DNA of 20,000 nucleotides from an uncultured virus (IMG/VR IMGVR_UViG_3300025012_000068) (Duplodnaviria > Heunggongvirae > Uroviricota > Caudoviricetes), in IMG/VR virus record IMGVR_UViG_3300025012_000068, positions 53,908-73,907 of that record; one strand, 5' to 3'. The notes beneath the pieces are model-generated. The model made no database searches and was not told where the DNA came from. It saw only the letters and a list, made by a program, of their open reading frames with translations. Below, piece after piece: positions 16,557-20,000 of the stretch; position 1 is the stretch's first letter; every line of letters begins with the position of its first letter. The position numbers and the translations under genes were made by a program.

Positions 16557-19508
16557 ATGGAAGAAATTGTTGAAAAAGATACAGACCTAGTTATTACAGA
16601 ATTAAAAACAATACCTAAAAATATAATTAAAGAAAAATGTTTGGAATATTTTAATGGTGATGACCTTGCAACAGAAGTTTGGATTTCTAAATATTGTTTA
16701 AAAGATTCTAAAGGCGATTTTTATGAAATGACTCCGGCTGACACTCATCGAAGAATGGCTAAGGAATTTGCAAGAATAGAATCTAAATATAAAACTAATT
16801 TAAATGGAAAATTAAAAAAAATAAGTGAATATGGGCAAAGGCGAAAAGAATTAACTGAAGAAATAATTTTTGAATATTTTGATCATTTTAAGTATATTGT
16901 ACCACAAGGTAGTATAATGGCGTCACTAGGAAATCCATTTACTATAGCTTCATTAAGTAATTGTATAGTACTACCTGAACTATATGATTCATACGGAGGT
17001 ATAATGTTTGCAGATCAGCAATTAGTACAACTAATGAAACGAAGATGCGGGGTAGGCTTAGACGTTTCTAGTTTACGGCCAGAAGGATATTCTGTGACTA
17101 ATTCAGCAGGTACTTCCACTGGGGCAATTAGTTTTATGGAAAGATTTTCTAATACAACTAGGGAAGTTGCTCAAAATGGACGGCGTGGCGCTCTAATTTG
17201 TTCAATTGATGTATCACATATAAATTCTCCTGAATTTGCAGTTATTAAAAATGATTTATCTAAAGTAACTGGTGCAAATATTAGCATTAAACTTACTAAC
17301 GAATTTATGAATGCCGTAAAGAATGATTTAGATTTTACATTAAGATGGCCAATTACTGGAAAACCTAAAATTACAAAAACTATAAAAGCTAAAGACCTAT
17401 GGAATACTATAGTTACATCCGCTAGAAATACAGCAGAGCCTGGATTAATTTTTTGGGATAGACAACATAATTATTCAACATCTTCAGTTTATCCTGAATA
17501 TAAAAATATAACAACAAACCCATGTATAACCGGTGACGCCATTATAGAAACTAATATTGGTAAATTAAAATTAAAAGAAGTTATTAAAAGGATAATACAA
17601 GGGGATTATCTTGAAACTTTAAGTTATAATACAAAAAATAATAAGCTTGAATATAAAGAAATTGAAGCTGGAATGCTTACTAGAAAAAATGCAAATATTA
17701 TAGAACTTGAATTAGAAGATGGAGAAAAACTTAAATTAACCCCTGATCATAGAGTATATACTAAAAAAGAAGGATGGATTGAAGCGTCTTTATTAACTAA
17801 AACAAATATTTTAATTAAAATTAATTCATTAAAAACTATTAAAAATGGTAAAATTAAATCTATAAATATTATTCAAAATGAAGATGTTTATGATATAAAA
17901 GTTAAGGATAATCATAATTTCTTTGCTAATAATATATTAGTTCATAATTGTTCAGAAATTGCAATGGGTGGAAATGATTCTTGTAGATTAATATCTATTA
18001 ATTTATTTGGATTTATAGATAATCCATTTACTAAAACTGCTAAATTTAATTTTACAAAGTTTTATGAAACTACATATGATGCGCAACGATTAATGGATGA
18101 TTTAGTAGATTTAGAATTAGAGTCTATAGAAAAAATATTAAACAAAATTGAAACTGATTCTGAACCAGATTACATAAAAGACGTAGAACTACGAACATGG
18201 AAAGCCCTATATGATAATGGCAAAGCAGGAAGAAGAACTGGATTAGGATTTACTGCACTAGCAGACACTATTGCAGCATTAAATATTAAATTTGATTCTA
18301 GTGAAGCTTTAAATATAGTTGATAAAATAATGAAAACTAAATGTGAAGCTGAATTTAATTCATCTATTGATATGTCTATTGAAAGGGGTAGCTTTACTGG
18401 ATTTAATATTGATATAGAAGAAACCTCACATTTTGTTCAAATGCTTAAACAAGAATTACCAGATGTTTATACTAGAATGATGAAATATGGTCGTAGAAAT
18501 GTATCAATATCTACGACAGCTCCAACTGGATCAGTTTCTATGCTAACTCAAACTTCATCTGGAATAGAACCAGTATTTATGTTATCTTATACACGTAGGA
18601 AAAAAGTAAATACCTCTGATAAAGATATAAAAATAGATTTTACAGATCAATCTGGAGATAAATGGCAGCATTATGAGGTACTACATCCTAAATTTAAATT
18701 ATGGAAAGAAATAACTGGAAAAACTAAAGTCGAAGATAGTCCATATTATAAATCCACAGCTGAAGAAATTAATTGGTTAAATAGACTAAAATTACAATCA
18801 ATATGCCAAAAATATATAACACATTCAATTTCATCAACATGTAACTTACCTGAAGATACTTCTATAGAAAAAGTTGGTGAAATCTATATGACGGCTTGGG
18901 AATTAGGTTTAAAGGGTATTACTGTATACCGGGCTGGGTCAAGAACTGGTGTATTAATAAGTAAAGAGGATTCTAAAAAAGATAATATTAAAATTCAAAA
19001 AACGACTTCTCCTAGAAGACCTAAAGAATTACCTTGTGATATACATCATATTACAGCAGAAGGTAAAAAATGGATAGTTATAATCGGTTTATTAGAAGGA
19101 GATCCGTATGAAGTATTTTCGTTTAGACCTAAATCTATTCATATACCAACTAAAATTAAATCTGGAAAATTAGCAAAAGTAAAACAGGGAAGATATGATT
19201 TAGAATTAGAAGATGGATTAATAATTGATGATATAAGAGCTCATTTTGAAACAGATGAACAGGAAGCTTTAACGAGAATGATCTCGACTTCACTTCGCCA
19301 TGGGGCAGATATTAATTTTGTATATGAACAATTAAGTAAATCTCATGGTACAATTGTTGCATTTAGTAAAGCGATAGGCCGAGCTATTAAAAAATATATT
19401 GTAAATAAAGAATTAACTGGTGAAAAATGCAGTAATTGTGGAAGCTCTAATATTATATTAGAAGAAGGGTGCCAAAAATGTGCGGATTGTGGCTCGTCGA
19501 AATGTTGA
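16557..19508 (+). CDS. nrdJ: Adenosylcobalamin-dependent (class II) ribonucleotide reductase, intein-containing
   Basis: SLSNC, RRCGVGLD, QNGRRGA, AEPGLIF, TNP-[intein]-CSEI, RRTGLG, TAPTGS, HSISSTCN, KGITVYRAGSR and C-terminal CxxC..EEGC.KC..CG.SKC. Confidence 0.93.
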   Translation: MEEIVEKDTDLVITELKTIPKNIIKEKCLEYFNGDDLATEVWISKYCLKDSKGDFYEMTPADTHRRMAKEFARIESKYKTNLNGKLKKISEYGQRRKELTEEIIFEYFDHFKYIVPQGSIMASLGNPFTIASLSNCIVLPELYDSYGGIMFADQQLVQLMKRRCGVGLDVSSLRPEGYSVTNSAGTSTGAISFMERFSNTTREVAQNGRRGALICSIDVSHINSPEFAVIKNDLSKVTGANISIKLTNEFMNAVKNDLDFTLRWPITGKPKITKTIKAKDLWNTIVTSARNTAEPGLIFWDRQHNYSTSSVYPEYKNITTNPCITGDAIIETNIGKLKLKEVIKRIIQGDYLETLSYNTKNNKLEYKEIEAGMLTRKNANIIELELEDGEKLKLTPDHRVYTKKEGWIEASLLTKTNILIKINSLKTIKNGKIKSINIIQNEDVYDIKVKDNHNFFANNILVHNCSEIAMGGNDSCRLISINLFGFIDNPFTKTAKFNFTKFYETTYDAQRLMDDLVDLELESIEKILNKIETDSEPDYIKDVELRTWKALYDNGKAGRRTGLGFTALADTIAALNIKFDSSEALNIVDKIMKTKCEAEFNSSIDMSIERGSFTGFNIDIEETSHFVQMLKQELPDVYTRMMKYGRRNVSISTTAPTGSVSMLTQTSSGIEPVFMLSYTRRKKVNTSDKDIKIDFTDQSGDKWQHYEVLHPKFKLWKEITGKTKVEDSPYYKSTAEEINWLNRLKLQSICQKYITHSISSTCNLPEDTSIEKVGEIYMTAWELGLKGITVYRAGSRTGVLISKEDSKKDNIKIQKTTSPRRPKELPCDIHHITAEGKKWIVIIGLLEGDPYEVFSFRPKSIHIPTKIKSGKLAKVKQGRYDLELEDGLIIDDIRAHFETDEQEALTRMISTSLRHGADINFVYEQLSKSHGTIVAFSKAIGRAIKKYIVNKELTGEKCSNCGSSNIILEEGCQKCADCGSSKC
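17523..17948 (+). mobile_element. Mini-intein (142 aa, no endonuclease) in NrdJ
   Basis: Begins CITGD, block B LKLTPDH, block F VYDIKVKDNHNFFAN, ends LVHN followed by Cys+1. Removing it restores TNPCSEI. Confidence 0.95.
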
Positions 19509-19601
19509 TTTTTTTAATAAAAAATATGTGAAATTTAAAATATTACTAGATTATCTTTAAATGTTTTAAAGGATATTCACTGGAGTTTATACATTTTTTA
19601 C

Positions 19602-19651
19602 ATTCATTTAGATATATAAATAATAATAATAAAAAATATATCTAAATGAAT
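19602..19651 (+). promoter_or_regulatory. Start-codon-sequestering hairpin containing a T4-type late promoter TATAAATA (19615-19622)
   Basis: Perfect 16 bp inverted repeat ATTCATTTAGATATAT (19602-19617) / ATATATCTAAATGAAT (19636-19651) covering ATG 19646. Confidence 0.75.
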
Positions 19652-20000
19652 TTTTTATGCAAGATATGTAATCAAAATTTTAATTATTCATGTGGGTCTT
19701 TTACTATACACTTATTAAAAGATCATAAAATTTCTAGGAAAGATTATTTTATTAAAATAGATTATAATGGAATTCCACCTAAGTGTCAATGTGGATATTG
19801 TCAAGATGATGCAGTATTTATAGATAGAAAAAATAAATTTTTCAAAATAAATCCTAAGCATAGGGATTTTAATTGGTTAAAAGAACAATATATTAAGAAA
19901 TATGGAGAGCCGAAATGTAAATGTGGATGCGGAAATTTAGTTAAAATTTACAGAGGGAAACCTCTTAAATATTATTCTTATAAATGTTTACCTAATAATT
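19646..20000 (+). CDS. Zn-finger protein, probably a free-standing homing endonuclease; runs off the right edge (not in ORF track)
   Basis: MNFLCKICNQ..FTIHLLKDH (C2H2-like), PKCQCGYC, PKCKCGCG. The nuclease domain is not visible in this window. Confidence 0.6.
   Translation, partial: MNFLCKICNQNFNYSCGSFTIHLLKDHKISRKDYFIKIDYNGIPPKCQCGYCQDDAVFIDRKNKFFKINPKHRDFNWLKEQYIKKYGEPKCKCGCGNLVKIYRGKPLKYYSYKCLPNN

Noticed and set aside
19528..19580. Terminator or cobalamin riboswitch after nrdJ
   Set aside because: Only a weak bulged A/T stem (TATCTTTAAA / TTTAAAGGATA); no B12-box-like sequence, and wrong side of the gene for a riboswitch.
1..20000. Stop-codon reassignment as in some jumbo phages
   Set aside because: Long intact ORFs in standard code; TAA, TAG (3677) and TGA (449, 19508) all end genes at sensible boundaries.

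Overview
Very AT-rich, densely coding DNA that reads as part of a large T4-like (jumbo) myophage genome in standard genetic code. A Bacteroidota host is inferred from the NrdJ type and the lack of Shine-Dalgarno sites. Minus-strand block (1-8571): gp62-like clamp-loader small subunit, amidoligase, gp26/gp51-like baseplate-hub or tail-chaperone pair, a short-repeat protein, a PD-(D/E)xK-like protein, a degenerate-ligase/HIGH nucleotidyltransferase fusion and a gp32-like SSB. A ~600 bp non-coding strand-switch region follows. Plus-strand block (9177-20000): a 1181 aa unknown protein, an S1-like protein, a glycosyltransferase, class II ribonucleotide reductase with a 142 aa mini-intein, and the start of a Zn-finger homing-endonuclease-like gene. 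The signals the ORF track misses are: (1) a promoter-led ~260 nt element at the strand switch, with a long closing stem around an A-rich loop holding three palindromic repeats (origin or ncRNA); (2) a start-less 104-codon GGLGD domain reachable only by a -1 shift at A9/A-AAA-AAG at the end of the glycosyltransferase; (3) a perfect 16 bp hairpin hiding the endonuclease start codon, with TATAAATA inside it; (4) a recurring AAAACA-N-T-tract-ATA promoter motif; (5) a candidate +1 shift linking the gp26- and gp51-like ORFs. All family assignments come from motif recognition by eye; no database searches were run.
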